From Nitrosopumilus sp. (GTDB taxonomy: Archaea > Thermoproteota > Nitrososphaeria > Nitrososphaerales > Nitrosopumilaceae): a stretch of 64,000 nucleotides of DNA. The position numbers and the translations under genes are program-made. The stretch lies in assembly GCA_965214775.1 (NCBI GenBank), contig OZ243974.1, forward strand, positions 384,001-448,000. Reading direction: 5' to 3'. Every line of letters starts with the position of its first letter. Within the stretch, counting starts at the first letter, position 1. Shown one piece after another: positions 10,704 to 19,964 of this stretch. The notes below the pieces were generated by a model that saw only the letters and a list, made by a program, of their open reading frames with translations, made no database searches and had not been told where the DNA came from.

Positions 10704-11735
10704 TTGAGCAAAAAAGCTGCCGTAATAAGGGGGGACGGAATCGGGCCCGAAGTTGTAGACTCGATGCTTAAAGTTCTAAGAGAATGCAGCCTTCAATCAG
10801 AACTTGTCTTGTGTGAGGCAGGCTCAGAGCAGTGGGACAAAAATGGCAGAAAAGACGCGTCCTACATTCCCGATGCAACGATGAAGATTCTAGAAGAGTC
10901 TGACTGTTGTTTTAAGGGCCCGACAACTACGATTCCGGTTCCAGGTGCGCCCAGAAGTGTGGCAGTAACACTAAGACAGAAATTTGATCTTTATGCAAAC
11001 ATCAGGCCCACCAGGACATATGACAGGCTAACGCCTGACAGAAAGCTTGATTGCGTCTGTTTTAGAGAGGCCACCGAAGGGCTCTATACGGGAGTAGAGG
11101 CAAAAATTACAGATGATGCGGCAATCGCGATTAGAAAGATTACAAGACGTGGAAGTCGAAGGCTGGTTGATTCGGCCGTAGATTGGGCAAACAAATTCAA
11201 CATGAGGAAGATGGTTGCAGTTACAAAAAGAAACATCCTAAAGCAGACTGACGGGATTTTTTGGGATGAAACACAAAAGGCTGTCAGGGGAACAGGAATC
11301 GAGTTATCTGAAATTTACATAGACAACATGGCCCAGCAGATGGTCATTGCAACTGAGCAATTCAACGGCTCAGTACTGGTAAGCACAAACCTGTTTATGG
11401 ACATTATTTCCGAACTGGCATCGGCGCTTGTGGGATCGATCGGATTGATTTACTCTGCAAATATCGGAGACAGATATGCAATGTTTGAAGCAGCACATGG
11501 AAGTGCACCGCAATTTGCAGGACAGAACAAAGTAAATCCGACTGCCACTGTGCTGTCTGGAGCTTGGATGGCAGACTATCTTGGCGAAGGGGAGATCAGG
11601 GATGCAATTTTTGATGCAACAGACAAGGTAATCAACGAAGGAAGAGCAGTCACGTGGGACATCGGAGGCAGTGCATCAACTACGCAGATGACTGATGCAA
11701 TCATACGACACGCAAAAGAAAATCTAAGAAAATAA
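10704..11735 (+). CDS. Isocitrate/isopropylmalate dehydrogenase family protein
   Basis: GDGIGPEV, REATEGLY, FEAAHGSAP. Confidence 0.93.
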   Translation: MSKKAAVIRGDGIGPEVVDSMLKVLRECSLQSELVLCEAGSEQWDKNGRKDASYIPDATMKILEESDCCFKGPTTTIPVPGAPRSVAVTLRQKFDLYANIRPTRTYDRLTPDRKLDCVCFREATEGLYTGVEAKITDDAAIAIRKITRRGSRRLVDSAVDWANKFNMRKMVAVTKRNILKQTDGIFWDETQKAVRGTGIELSEIYIDNMAQQMVIATEQFNGSVLVSTNLFMDIISELASALVGSIGLIYSANIGDRYAMFEAAHGSAPQFAGQNKVNPTATVLSGAWMADYLGEGEIRDAIFDATDKVINEGRAVTWDIGGSASTTQMTDAIIRHAKENLRK

Positions 11736-12278
11736 TGATCGTTTTTCTGCCTTTACCAGAATCAGCTCTTCAAAGAACATCCTTTTTTTGGCGATGATCC
11801 CGGTTTTCAGGCCCAATTTTTGTGCGTAACTGACTAGTTTTTGATGGTTTGAAAGCGAGGATGTAACAAACACGAATTTCCCATCATATCTAATGAGAGG
11901 AACGACAGAATCAAGGATCATTTTTGGAATCTCAAAGCCTTCGGCGCCTCCATCAGTGGCAACATCCAATATTTCATCAGTTGCCAGATAGGGCAGGTTA
12001 CACACCACAAAATCAAATTGAATGTTTAGCGCATCAGAACCGTTACAGCATACCAAGTTTGATGTCTTGTAGGCAGTCTGATTTTTCAGTACTTTGAAAT
12101 TAATATCGGTTCCAACAACAAACTTGAAATTTTCAGTCAACAGCTTTGTCAGATAGCCAGAACCGCTTCCAACATCCAAGGCACAGTCCCCTTTTTCATT
12201 CCCAATGTTATCTGCGATGAAAAAGGTATCCTCGGAAGGAGGATATTCATCATTTTTGTATTTGTTTTGCAAGTTCAA
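11724..12278 (-). CDS. HemK2/PrmC-like protein methyltransferase
   Basis: YPPSEDTF, LDVGSGSG, NLPY, DGG. Confidence 0.85.
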   Translation of the reverse strand: MNLQNKYKNDEYPPSEDTFFIADNIGNEKGDCALDVGSGSGYLTKLLTENFKFVVGTDINFKVLKNQTAYKTSNLVCCNGSDALNIQFDFVVCNLPYLATDEILDVATDGGAEGFEIPKMILDSVVPLIRYDGKFVFVTSSLSNHQKLVSYAQKLGLKTGIIAKKRMFFEELILVKAEKRSLFS

Positions 12279-12960
12279 TTAGCTCGTCTCCCGAGAGATC
12301 GTCTACCCGCTTGTCACTTTTGGAATCCACCCCAAACTGACTGAGGACGTTTTTTACAGTTTTTCTCCTGTACGAGAAGATTTTGTTGATTGTCTGGATT
12401 GTCTTTTTGTCGAGATTTGCCCTTTGCTTGATTTTCAGTGCGACAGAATCGATTTTTGGAGGCGGTAAAAAATTATTTTTGCCTACTTTGAGCACGGGTT
12501 CGATTGAAAAGCAGTGTCCTGCAATCACAGAAATTGCTTTTCTTTGCCCAGACGCCTCTTTTTTCACAAGTTTTTCTGCAAACTCCTTTTGGACCATTAT
12601 CACGCCATGAGAAAAGCTGGTTTGGGCCAGCCACTCTATTGCATCCCTGCTTTTAGAATAAGGCAAATTTGAGACAAAAATCGTAAAAGGGTCTTTATTT
12701 TTTTCAAGGCCGTCCCCCGTCCTGAGTACGAGGTTTTCAATTTGGGAGAATCTTGATTTTGCATCCCTTATCAGCTGTTTGTCTGCGTCTACGGAAATTA
12801 CTTTGGATGCCCTTTTGCAAAGTAACGGAGTCAGGATGCCCTTTCCGGTTCCAATCTCAAATACGACGTCATTTTTGGTGATTTTGGCCTCGGAAACTAT
12901 CTTTTGTGCAAGGATTTCAGAGCTGAGAAAGTGCTGTCCCAGGCGTTTTCGCTTTATCAT
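12250..12960 (-). CDS. rsmA: 16S rRNA adenine dimethyltransferase (KsgA/Dim1)
   Basis: LGQHFL, EIGTGKG, SNLPY, MVQKEFA. Confidence 0.93.
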   Translation of the reverse strand: MIKRKRLGQHFLSSEILAQKIVSEAKITKNDVVFEIGTGKGILTPLLCKRASKVISVDADKQLIRDAKSRFSQIENLVLRTGDGLEKNKDPFTIFVSNLPYSKSRDAIEWLAQTSFSHGVIMVQKEFAEKLVKKEASGQRKAISVIAGHCFSIEPVLKVGKNNFLPPPKIDSVALKIKQRANLDKKTIQTINKIFSYRRKTVKNVLSQFGVDSKSDKRVDDLSGDELIELAKQIQK

Positions 12961-13526
12961 CTCTTAACGAAGAGATTCATCCTGCTTTGGCCGGTGATTT
13001 CGTCAATGATTCGATCTGAGATGTGTTTGATTGGTTCTTTGAATCCAACTCTTTGTTGCAGGTCTTCATAGCTTGTAAATTTTTGTTTTTCGCGTTCCTC
13101 AAGCATTGTTTTCATGTACGTCTTGCCAATTCCCGGGATTAGTTCAAGTGCATGTATCCTTGGCGTTAACGGTCTGGCATTGTTCAGATATTCAACAAAT
13201 TTTTCTTCGTTTGCAGTTACAATGCTTTCAACTACAGCCGGAAGTTCGGTTTGAGCCGTAGGAGAGATTTTTTCATATTCCATTTTTCCCAGAACAGACA
13301 TTACTTTTGTTCTTCCTTCTTTTCCAATGTAGATTTTCTCTCCCGCCTCAAAAGTGGAGTTTTCCACTCCAAGAATTTCCAATAGTGTGAGTCTGTCCTC
13401 CCCAATAGCAGTTACAATGACTCCCTCTCTTCCCCTAACGGCAGTGGATTTGCCACGCGGGGTAAAATCAAGAACGTATGCATGTTCCTCATATTTCCTA
13501 GATGGCGGGTTGTTTGCCCTGTACAA
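12957..13526 (-). CDS. DUF655 RNA-binding protein
   Basis: EEHAYVLDF, RIHALELIPGIGK; conserved rpl21e-rpoF-DUF655-ksgA order. Confidence 0.9.
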   Translation of the reverse strand: MYRANNPPSRKYEEHAYVLDFTPRGKSTAVRGREGVIVTAIGEDRLTLLEILGVENSTFEAGEKIYIGKEGRTKVMSVLGKMEYEKISPTAQTELPAVVESIVTANEEKFVEYLNNARPLTPRIHALELIPGIGKTYMKTMLEEREKQKFTSYEDLQQRVGFKEPIKHISDRIIDEITGQSRMNLFVKR

Positions 13527-13548
13527 GATAAAATTCGCCCCTGAAAGA

Positions 13549-13875
13549 CTAGGAATTCTCCTTGATGATTTTGAGCATTTTTTCTAGAGTTTCTGCAAGA
13601 ATCAGTTTCTTCCAACCAAACGTAAAGGAACGTAACTCTGCCAGGCTGGTTGGTCTAATGTTAACAATTTCAACGGCTTCCTCCTCTGTCAATTCACATT
13701 CTTTGATGAGTCGTTTTTTCATATTTTTTGCGTCCTTTGGCTCAATTGATACAAACTTGGAAACATAATCATGGGTCCAACGTTGAATTTGGTCCATCTC
13801 TTCAGGATCAACCTTGCTCAGAATTTCTTTTACCTCTGAAAGAGAAGTTGCCTGTTTCTTTTTTATTTCTTCCAT
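13549..13875 (-). CDS. rpo4: RNA polymerase subunit Rpo4 (F)
   Basis: EAVEIVNIRPTSLAELRS; operon context. Confidence 0.88.
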   Translation of the reverse strand: MEEIKKKQATSLSEVKEILSKVDPEEMDQIQRWTHDYVSKFVSIEPKDAKNMKKRLIKECELTEEEAVEIVNIRPTSLAELRSFTFGWKKLILAETLEKMLKIIKENS

Positions 13876-13879
13876 CTCT

Positions 13880-14179
13880 CTATACACCGAATGGTTTTAT
13901 ATGATCCAACCTAGTGATTAAGGTTTTCGATTTATCGCCTAATTTCACGTCAAGAGTGATGGCACGTCTTCCAATGTCGGTAATTACGCCAACTTTGCCG
14001 TGATATCGCCTGTGTGGCAACCCCTTGTGCTGTCTTGGATCAAGGATGACAAGTGCCTGCTGGCCTTTTTGGTATTCACGCAACAGGAATGAGACGCCTC
14101 TTGGAGCCTTTTTCTTCATTACAGATCGGGATTTGTGCCTAAATCCGTGTGAGCGGCCATGAGACTTTTTAGTTGCCAT
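13880..14179 (-). CDS. rpl21e: 50S ribosomal protein L21e
   Basis: HKGLPHRRYHGKVG...HIKP. Confidence 0.95.
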   Translation of the reverse strand: MATKKSHGRSHGFRHKSRSVMKKKAPRGVSFLLREYQKGQQALVILDPRQHKGLPHRRYHGKVGVITDIGRRAITLDVKLGDKSKTLITRLDHIKPFGV

Positions 14180-14228
14180 GTAGTGTTGAGCCTTCCAACG
14201 CCCTATTTTAACACTTAGGACAAAAATA

Positions 14229-14655
14229 GTCTGTTGCATAACTCCGACTAGAGCCAAGTCAGTCCGCCCGGATCACTACCGGCACCAGGTTCCCACATGG
14301 CAGCCACCACCGCCTCTGCGATCCACTTGTTGTACAGCCATATCCTCAGCTTTACCTCATATTCAGCAAATTGTTCATGTGCGTATCCATCTTGTTGTAC
14401 AGCCATATCCTCAGCTTTACCTCCTGCACCACATTGGACCACTTGAGGGCCATTACGCCCTCGCCGAACATGCGCTTTATGGACGATATTACGATCTCGA
14501 CTATCCATCTGCTACCAAAGCCGACAGTGCTCTTCGAGTACCGCAGGTTCTCCTGTCTTTCCTCCTTTGAGAGGTTGCCCACCGACACCTCGGGGCCGCC
14601 CCCGAGCTGCCACCGTACAAGCATGCCCCACTTGTCGCCTGTGCCCTTGCTCTAG
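14229..14655 (-). pseudogene. IS5-family transposase C-terminal remnant with small internal duplication
   Basis: RWIVEIVISSIKRMFGE; EVKLRIWLYNK encoded twice; putative end gtctgttgcataact near 14229. Confidence 0.7.
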
Positions 14656-14662
14656 TAAATTC

Positions 14663-14744
14663 GTACAACTTCAGGTCCTATTTAAACCGCCTAGGAATCT
14701 AGGAAGTATTTGCTTGCCAGTATAAATGGGACCTGAAGTTGTAC
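14663..14744. mobile_element. 82-bp MITE with IS66-type ends (family A)
   Basis: Ends GTACAACTTCAGGTCC...GGACCTGAAGTTGTAC identical to the IS66 termini; 8-bp TSD GTAAATTC at 14655-14662 and 14745-14752. Confidence 0.92.
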
Positions 14745-14879
14745 GTAAATTCCAAGCCTGCAATGACTGGCCACAGATGTTTGATGCCCAACTATGTCTG
14801 CAATGGAGCCTGATCATAAGATGCCGCCCAGAAAATGTAAAATGTTTGCAGCCAGTATAAATAGAACCTGACGTTGTAC
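14745..14879 (-). mobile_element. Diverged left end of an IS66-like element (inverted orientation)
   Basis: Aligns by eye to the reverse complement of about 39125-39252. Confidence 0.8.
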
Positions 14880-14903
14880 ATAAAATATATATTTTATGTA
14901 TAC

Positions 14904-15746
14904 ATGCTGCCTTTGAAAGATAGGATGGTTACATATAATATAAGACTCGGGCCACAGGAGACCAAGCTTTTGTTCAGTCTGGAAGAGAATGGAGTAAGCG
15001 TCTTTACTACAGAAGATGCCAAAAAAATACTTGCTTCAGGATCAGCATCGACTTGGTCGGTAGTTAGCGGCCTTAAGAAAAAAGGCCGGGTCAGGCAAAT
15101 CGAGAGGGGAAAATACCTGCTTATACCTGCAAGAGCAGGGGTGGAAGGTTACTGGGCCGAATCGCCATGGGTCATAGTCCCACACCTAATTGATGTCTAC
15201 TATGTTGGATTTTGGACGGCTATGAATTACTGGGGGATGACAGAACAAATCCCCTACACGGTTTTTGTGGCAACAACAAAAAGGAAAAAGAAAAGGATCT
15301 TAAAATTTGGAAATCAAAAATTTGAATTTGTAACTTTATCAAAGAAAAAGTTCTTCGGGTTTGTTGAACAAAAAGCAAGCAAAACAGAAACCTTCAACAT
15401 CTCTTCAAAAGAAAAAACAATAGTTGACGGCTTAACGCACTCTGAATATTGTGGTGGCATGCCTGAGGTCGCAAAGGCGATGTGGAATGCAAGGGATGAT
15501 GTAAGCTGGCCAGCAGTGTTAGAGATGTCAAAGAGATCCGGGGTTAGTGCAGTCTTGAGGAGGTTGGGATACCTTCTAAGCATTTTAGATATCGAGCAAG
15601 GAATTGCAAATGATCTAAAAAACGCCTTCAAAGGATATCACTTTCTTGATCCGAACGCGACAAAGGAAATACTGGATTATTCTAAAGAATATGGACTGAT
15701 CATCAACAGGAACAGGAATCGGCTATTGGGTTGGAGGGAATACTGA
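14904..15746 (+). CDS. Type IV TA antitoxin, AbiEi family transcriptional regulator
   Basis: N-terminal wHTH (LKKKGRVRQIERGKY), SSKEKTIVD, LRRLGYLL; upstream of AbiEii. Confidence 0.88.
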   Translation: MLPLKDRMVTYNIRLGPQETKLLFSLEENGVSVFTTEDAKKILASGSASTWSVVSGLKKKGRVRQIERGKYLLIPARAGVEGYWAESPWVIVPHLIDVYYVGFWTAMNYWGMTEQIPYTVFVATTKRKKKRILKFGNQKFEFVTLSKKKFFGFVEQKASKTETFNISSKEKTIVDGLTHSEYCGGMPEVAKAMWNARDDVSWPAVLEMSKRSGVSAVLRRLGYLLSILDIEQGIANDLKNAFKGYHFLDPNATKEILDYSKEYGLIINRNRNRLLGWREY

Positions 15747-16503
15747 TGGATGATAAAATGATGCGAAAATTAGCTACAAAAAAAGAGTCCCGATTGGAAC
15801 AATCGAAAAAGATTACGCAGTCACAGGTATTCTTTCCGTAATCTCAGAACTTCCGAATATTGGCAAAATGGTGTTCAAAGGCGGCACTGCGCTAAAAAAA
15901 GTCTATTTTGACGATTTTCGATTTTCAGAGGACATAGACTTTACATGCTTGGAAGACGTGTCTGAAGAATTGCATTCATTGTTAGACCGCAAAAAGGACA
16001 GTCTCGGGTTTACTCTGACTGATATTAAAAAAGAGACCACGGCAGGAAACAGCAAAAAGCTTACGGTAAAATACCGCGGATTTAACAATTATCCAAACAA
16101 CGTGAGAGTCGACTTGAGTTTAAGAGAAAAAGCACAAAACGAATCTCGTAATCTCAAAGTCTTGCACAATTACAATGCAATTCCATCTTTCAGCATCCCG
16201 TCAATGGCCGTAGAAGAAATGATGGCAGAAAAGGTCAGGGCAGTAATTTATTCTGGTGCTCCTCGACATCTTTATGATTTGAGTTATCTTTTGGCTAAAC
16301 AAATACCGTTAAATCCCGGCCTAGTCAGAATCAAAATCCGCCTTTATGGAGAAGATTTCAGTATTGAGAGATTCCGCAGAAGCATAGAAGCAATGGAGAA
16401 GGAGTGGGTTGGAGATTTGAGTCCGTTGCTACCTCAGGATCCGCCTCCGTTTAACGCAGTCTCTGGTAATGTTTTACAAAAAATATCAGAGACAATGAAA
16501 TAG
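15746..16503 (+). CDS. AbiEii/AbiGii nucleotidyltransferase toxin, frameshifted at an A7 run (15778-15784)
   Basis: FKGGTALKK, RFSEDIDF, AEKVRA, RHLYDL; the N-terminal IEKDY motif is reachable from ATG 15746 only by a -1 shift. Confidence 0.85.
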
Positions 16504-16532
16504 CATCATGACTCTAAAGTTTTGATTGTCAG

Positions 16533-16650
16533 GTAACAGGATAGCCCCTGCCCAGGCAGCAATCAGGCACGAATCTGCCTGCAGCTGTGATTTTCATGCC
16601 TGACCTGCAATGGACGTGACTCCAACTCTAGGCAGGGACTATCCTGTTAC
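16533..16650. mobile_element. MITE (family C variant, GTAACAGGATAG ends)
   Basis: 12-bp terminal inverted repeat; core aatcaggcacgaat shared with 20424 and 55854 copies. Confidence 0.75.
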
Positions 16651-16671
16651 TGTATTGTGATCGTCAGAAGG

Positions 16672-17724
16672 TGTCTTATATGGAAATTAGGTTCGCCTAA
16701 GCTTTTGAGAAAAGCCAAGGAATACTTTACCCTTTACCGATCAAGAAAAAAGATGAAAAAGACAGCACTTACAGAACGACAGATAAAGTACGCCACGAGA
16801 CAGCGCAAGAAGGGCAGGACGCTAAAGGCAATAGCAAAGGAGCTGGAAGTGACACCCCAGTACGTGGGCAGGTTGTGCTCCGAGTTTGAAAGGACCGGCG
16901 TGATACACGTGCAAAAGAGCTCCGGGAGACCCGCATCACCGCCGCCCTCCAACGACGAGATCCAGACTGTGCTTCGCCTGTACGCCGAGCAGGACATCGG
17001 CGTGGTGCGCACGGCCAGGCGTGCAAGGGAGGAACTGGATATAAGCTACGACTCTGCATACAGGATAATGAGGGAGAACAATCTGGTATCAAAGTCTGCT
17101 GCAAGATCCGCGCAGCGCAAGTGGCTGCGTTATGAGCGCAAGTACTCTAACGCAATGTGGCACGTGGGCTGGCACGATATGAAGGATCCACGCCTGAGAG
17201 GGTTCAAATTAGTCACGTTTTTGGACGATTCCTCCCGGTGTATCACGGCAGCACGGACGTTTGCCGAGGCCACATCCGAGAACGTGGTGATAACACTCAG
17301 GGAGGCCATAGGCAGATTTGGCACACCGGCTACCATACTGTCTGACAACGGCAGGTGCTTCAACGGCGGCCGTAGCAAGAAGAACATACCCAAGGGGGCA
17401 TGGAAGCCGACTGCATTTGAGGCCGAGCTGCTGGACAGGGACATCGGGCTGATAAACTCAAGACCGTACCACCCAGAGACCAACGGCAAGCTGGAACGGT
17501 TCCATGGCACCATCGAGAAGGAAATCCACCACTATGAGAGCCTGGCAGTATACGTGGAGTACTATAACGAGCGCAGGCTGCACTTTGCACTAGATATGGA
17601 CAAGTGTGAGACTCCGTTGCAGGCCTTCTCGGCAAGGGAGGCCACAGAAACGATCAGAAAAAGCGACCCAAAATGGATGGAGAGGGACATCAATGACTAA
17701 CGAACCTAATTTTCATATAACACA
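16672..17724 (+). mobile_element. IS481/IS1202-like insertion sequence, complete, 15-bp TSD
   Basis: 24-bp IRs TGTCTTATATGGAAATTAGGTTCG (2 mismatches); GTGATCGTCAGAAGG at 16657-16671 and 17725-17739. Confidence 0.9.
16753..17700 (+). CDS. IS481-family transposase (rve core); first catalytic Asp replaced by Gly
   Basis: WHVGWH (WHVDWH in the second copy), LSDNG, NGKLERFHGT. Confidence 0.9.
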   Translation: MKKTALTERQIKYATRQRKKGRTLKAIAKELEVTPQYVGRLCSEFERTGVIHVQKSSGRPASPPPSNDEIQTVLRLYAEQDIGVVRTARRAREELDISYDSAYRIMRENNLVSKSAARSAQRKWLRYERKYSNAMWHVGWHDMKDPRLRGFKLVTFLDDSSRCITAARTFAEATSENVVITLREAIGRFGTPATILSDNGRCFNGGRSKKNIPKGAWKPTAFEAELLDRDIGLINSRPYHPETNGKLERFHGTIEKEIHHYESLAVYVEYYNERRLHFALDMDKCETPLQAFSAREATETIRKSDPKWMERDIND

Positions 17725-17768
17725 GTGATCGTCAGAAGGTATAAAAGAAAATAAACAAAAAATAACTT

Positions 17769-18389
17769 GTGGCATCTCTAGATAAAGATCTTATGATATT
17801 TAATAAGATTGATGCTGAAAAAATCAAGCAAGTCTTCGACAGGATTGATGAATCCATTGTGCGTAAACCGTTAAAAAAACAGGTGCTGGATGAGATAACA
17901 TGAGACAATTTGTCGGATATGGATGTACTTAGCATCAACCGAATATGCTTTAACTTTACAATATCCGATCAGCCATATGAGATGACCAAAACGATAGACC
18001 GTTCTGATATTGACAAAGATAAGCAAGACGTTCTTAAACAATGCTTAAGCTCGCTGAAGAGCAGGCTGTCAAAAGAGATACTAGAAACTGAGTACAACAT
18101 AATGCATTTGCACGACTTTGGTCATTCGCATATAAGGCACCTTCAAATTGCTTCCGAATTTAGGCCGATCTCAAACGATGATGGCAGGATAATCAAAATA
18201 ATCCCATCCCTGGTTTTTTCGGGACATCTTCACAACCTAGGCAGCGAGGACATAAGGCCGCTGAACTTTCATCTTGATCTGCAACACGCCAAAAGATTAA
18301 TGACGGATATACAAAACAGTATCACAAACGTGGAAAAGGAGATACGTACGTTTCGGGAAAAGTTTGGAGATGATGCAATTGCAATATGA
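17769..18389 (+). pseudogene. Hypothetical protein with in-frame TGA at 17901-17903
   Basis: Frame from GTG 17769 (MASLDKDLMIFNK...) continues past one TGA into ORF 17910..18389. Confidence 0.55.
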
Positions 18390-19095
18390 AATAGAATATC
18401 ACGATCCAGAAAAAATTATGGATTATGGACAAGATTCCTCTGCAAAGTGGTTAAGATCATCCCATGAGAGAAATATCGCAGATTGCTACGAAAAGGAATC
18501 CGAGAGGAAGTTAATGCACGGTAGGCGTTATTGGAGAGATGAGTATTATGAGACCGTACTGGACAAAATTAGGATTCGTCTGCCACAGAAAATGTTTGAA
18601 AATGAGTCGTGTTTTATCCTTTTGCCCGAAACGAGCCATATGGAACATCTTCATAATGCTATCAATGATTTGCCATATATGGTACGAGTTTTTACTAATG
18701 CAAGTGAGGTAGACAACAAATCATCCACTGCCATGCCTATGTCTGCTAGACATGTGAAAACGTCAGAAGGCGCAAGTGAACCGACTGCACATGTCTTGGA
18801 GAATCTGGCAGATGACTGCGGACTGCCGCGCGAATATGCCTCAAAAATTAGAGACTCCTTGGAGGACGCATCACGGTTCATATCTGACAAGGGAGCCAAG
18901 TACAGCATACTGCACGAGCTGTTCACAGATCCGGAGTTTCCAGACTGGAAGATGATCAAAGTCACCTTCAAGATAGACACGGAATCATCACACGCCGCCC
19001 ATGACGAGCTCAAAGATCAGATCTATGAGATCGTCAGCTCGAAACTGACCGATCACATACTTGAAAACATAATCATAAAATTTGACAGGCCATGA
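18364..19095 (+). CDS. Hypothetical protein, coupled to the HEPN gene
   Basis: 243-aa ORF with ATGA overlap to the next gene. Confidence 0.65.
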   Translation: MEMMQLQYEIEYHDPEKIMDYGQDSSAKWLRSSHERNIADCYEKESERKLMHGRRYWRDEYYETVLDKIRIRLPQKMFENESCFILLPETSHMEHLHNAINDLPYMVRVFTNASEVDNKSSTAMPMSARHVKTSEGASEPTAHVLENLADDCGLPREYASKIRDSLEDASRFISDKGAKYSILHELFTDPEFPDWKMIKVTFKIDTESSHAAHDELKDQIYEIVSSKLTDHILENIIIKFDRP

Positions 19096-19559
19096 TCAAG
19101 CCCACGGAGTTCCTAGATCATGCAGAGAGGATAATCACAAATGAAAACTGCCCACAGGAGGTGGAGTTCAGATGTGCCGTGAGCAGGGCATATTATTCCC
19201 TGTATCACGAGGCGTACGCAAAGGTCTTCAAATACAAATCTGTGCTGTCTGACGTGATCTGCGAGATTCTGGACAAAAAAGGCCGACCGTATGATAAATC
19301 AAGGATCGAATCGCTAGACCAAAATTACATATTGAGAATAGGCACCAACCTTCACCAAACAATACCCAAAACATTGACAATGATGGGAGAAAAAAGGATA
19401 GGGAACGATTTTACCGCATTCAGGGATGATAGAAACGTTGCAGACTATGACATACATGATCGGTATCCCGACAACAGGGCACGCGAAAAGGTAGCGGCGA
19501 TGAAAAAATTAATTCTAGAGATAAAAAACATCAACGGTGTCAAGTGTGGTAAGTTTTGA
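19092..19559 (+). CDS. HEPN-domain protein (UPF0332-like)
   Basis: AVSRAYYSLYH and RNVADY motifs. Confidence 0.8.
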   Translation: MIKPTEFLDHAERIITNENCPQEVEFRCAVSRAYYSLYHEAYAKVFKYKSVLSDVICEILDKKGRPYDKSRIESLDQNYILRIGTNLHQTIPKTLTMMGEKRIGNDFTAFRDDRNVADYDIHDRYPDNRAREKVAAMKKLILEIKNINGVKCGKF

Positions 19560-19964
19560 TAAACCGATCATCATGATTTAGCCGCAGGCCAGAACAGAAC
19601 CAGAAAACGATTCGTACTCTTGTTATTCGGCATCATACTCCCATGAGACGGAAGCGATCAGGAACCGCACAAATTGGGGGCATATTGACAAGAGTGGGCG
19701 TTCAAGTCATCTGCCTGTAACTGCCAACCGACCATTGTAGGATCTGGTATGAGGCGTGTACGAGACGTTATATCAAATCTTATCTGTAGCGGACGCCATA
19801 TTATCCGTGTTGGGCCCAAGAGCCGAAGTAAACTTGCCACACATGAGGGCGTGTATGAGACTGGCTCAGAGTAGGCGGACGACGAAATGCCACATAATCG
19901 AGGGTAAATGGGAGTTTTCCGTTCAGTTGGGCACACACACTTTGATCAAAAAGGAGGTGATAAA

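Noticed and set aside
17901-17903. Selenocysteine or readthrough at the in-frame TGA
   Set aside because: No redox motif or SECIS evidence; a nonsense mutation or sequencing error is simpler
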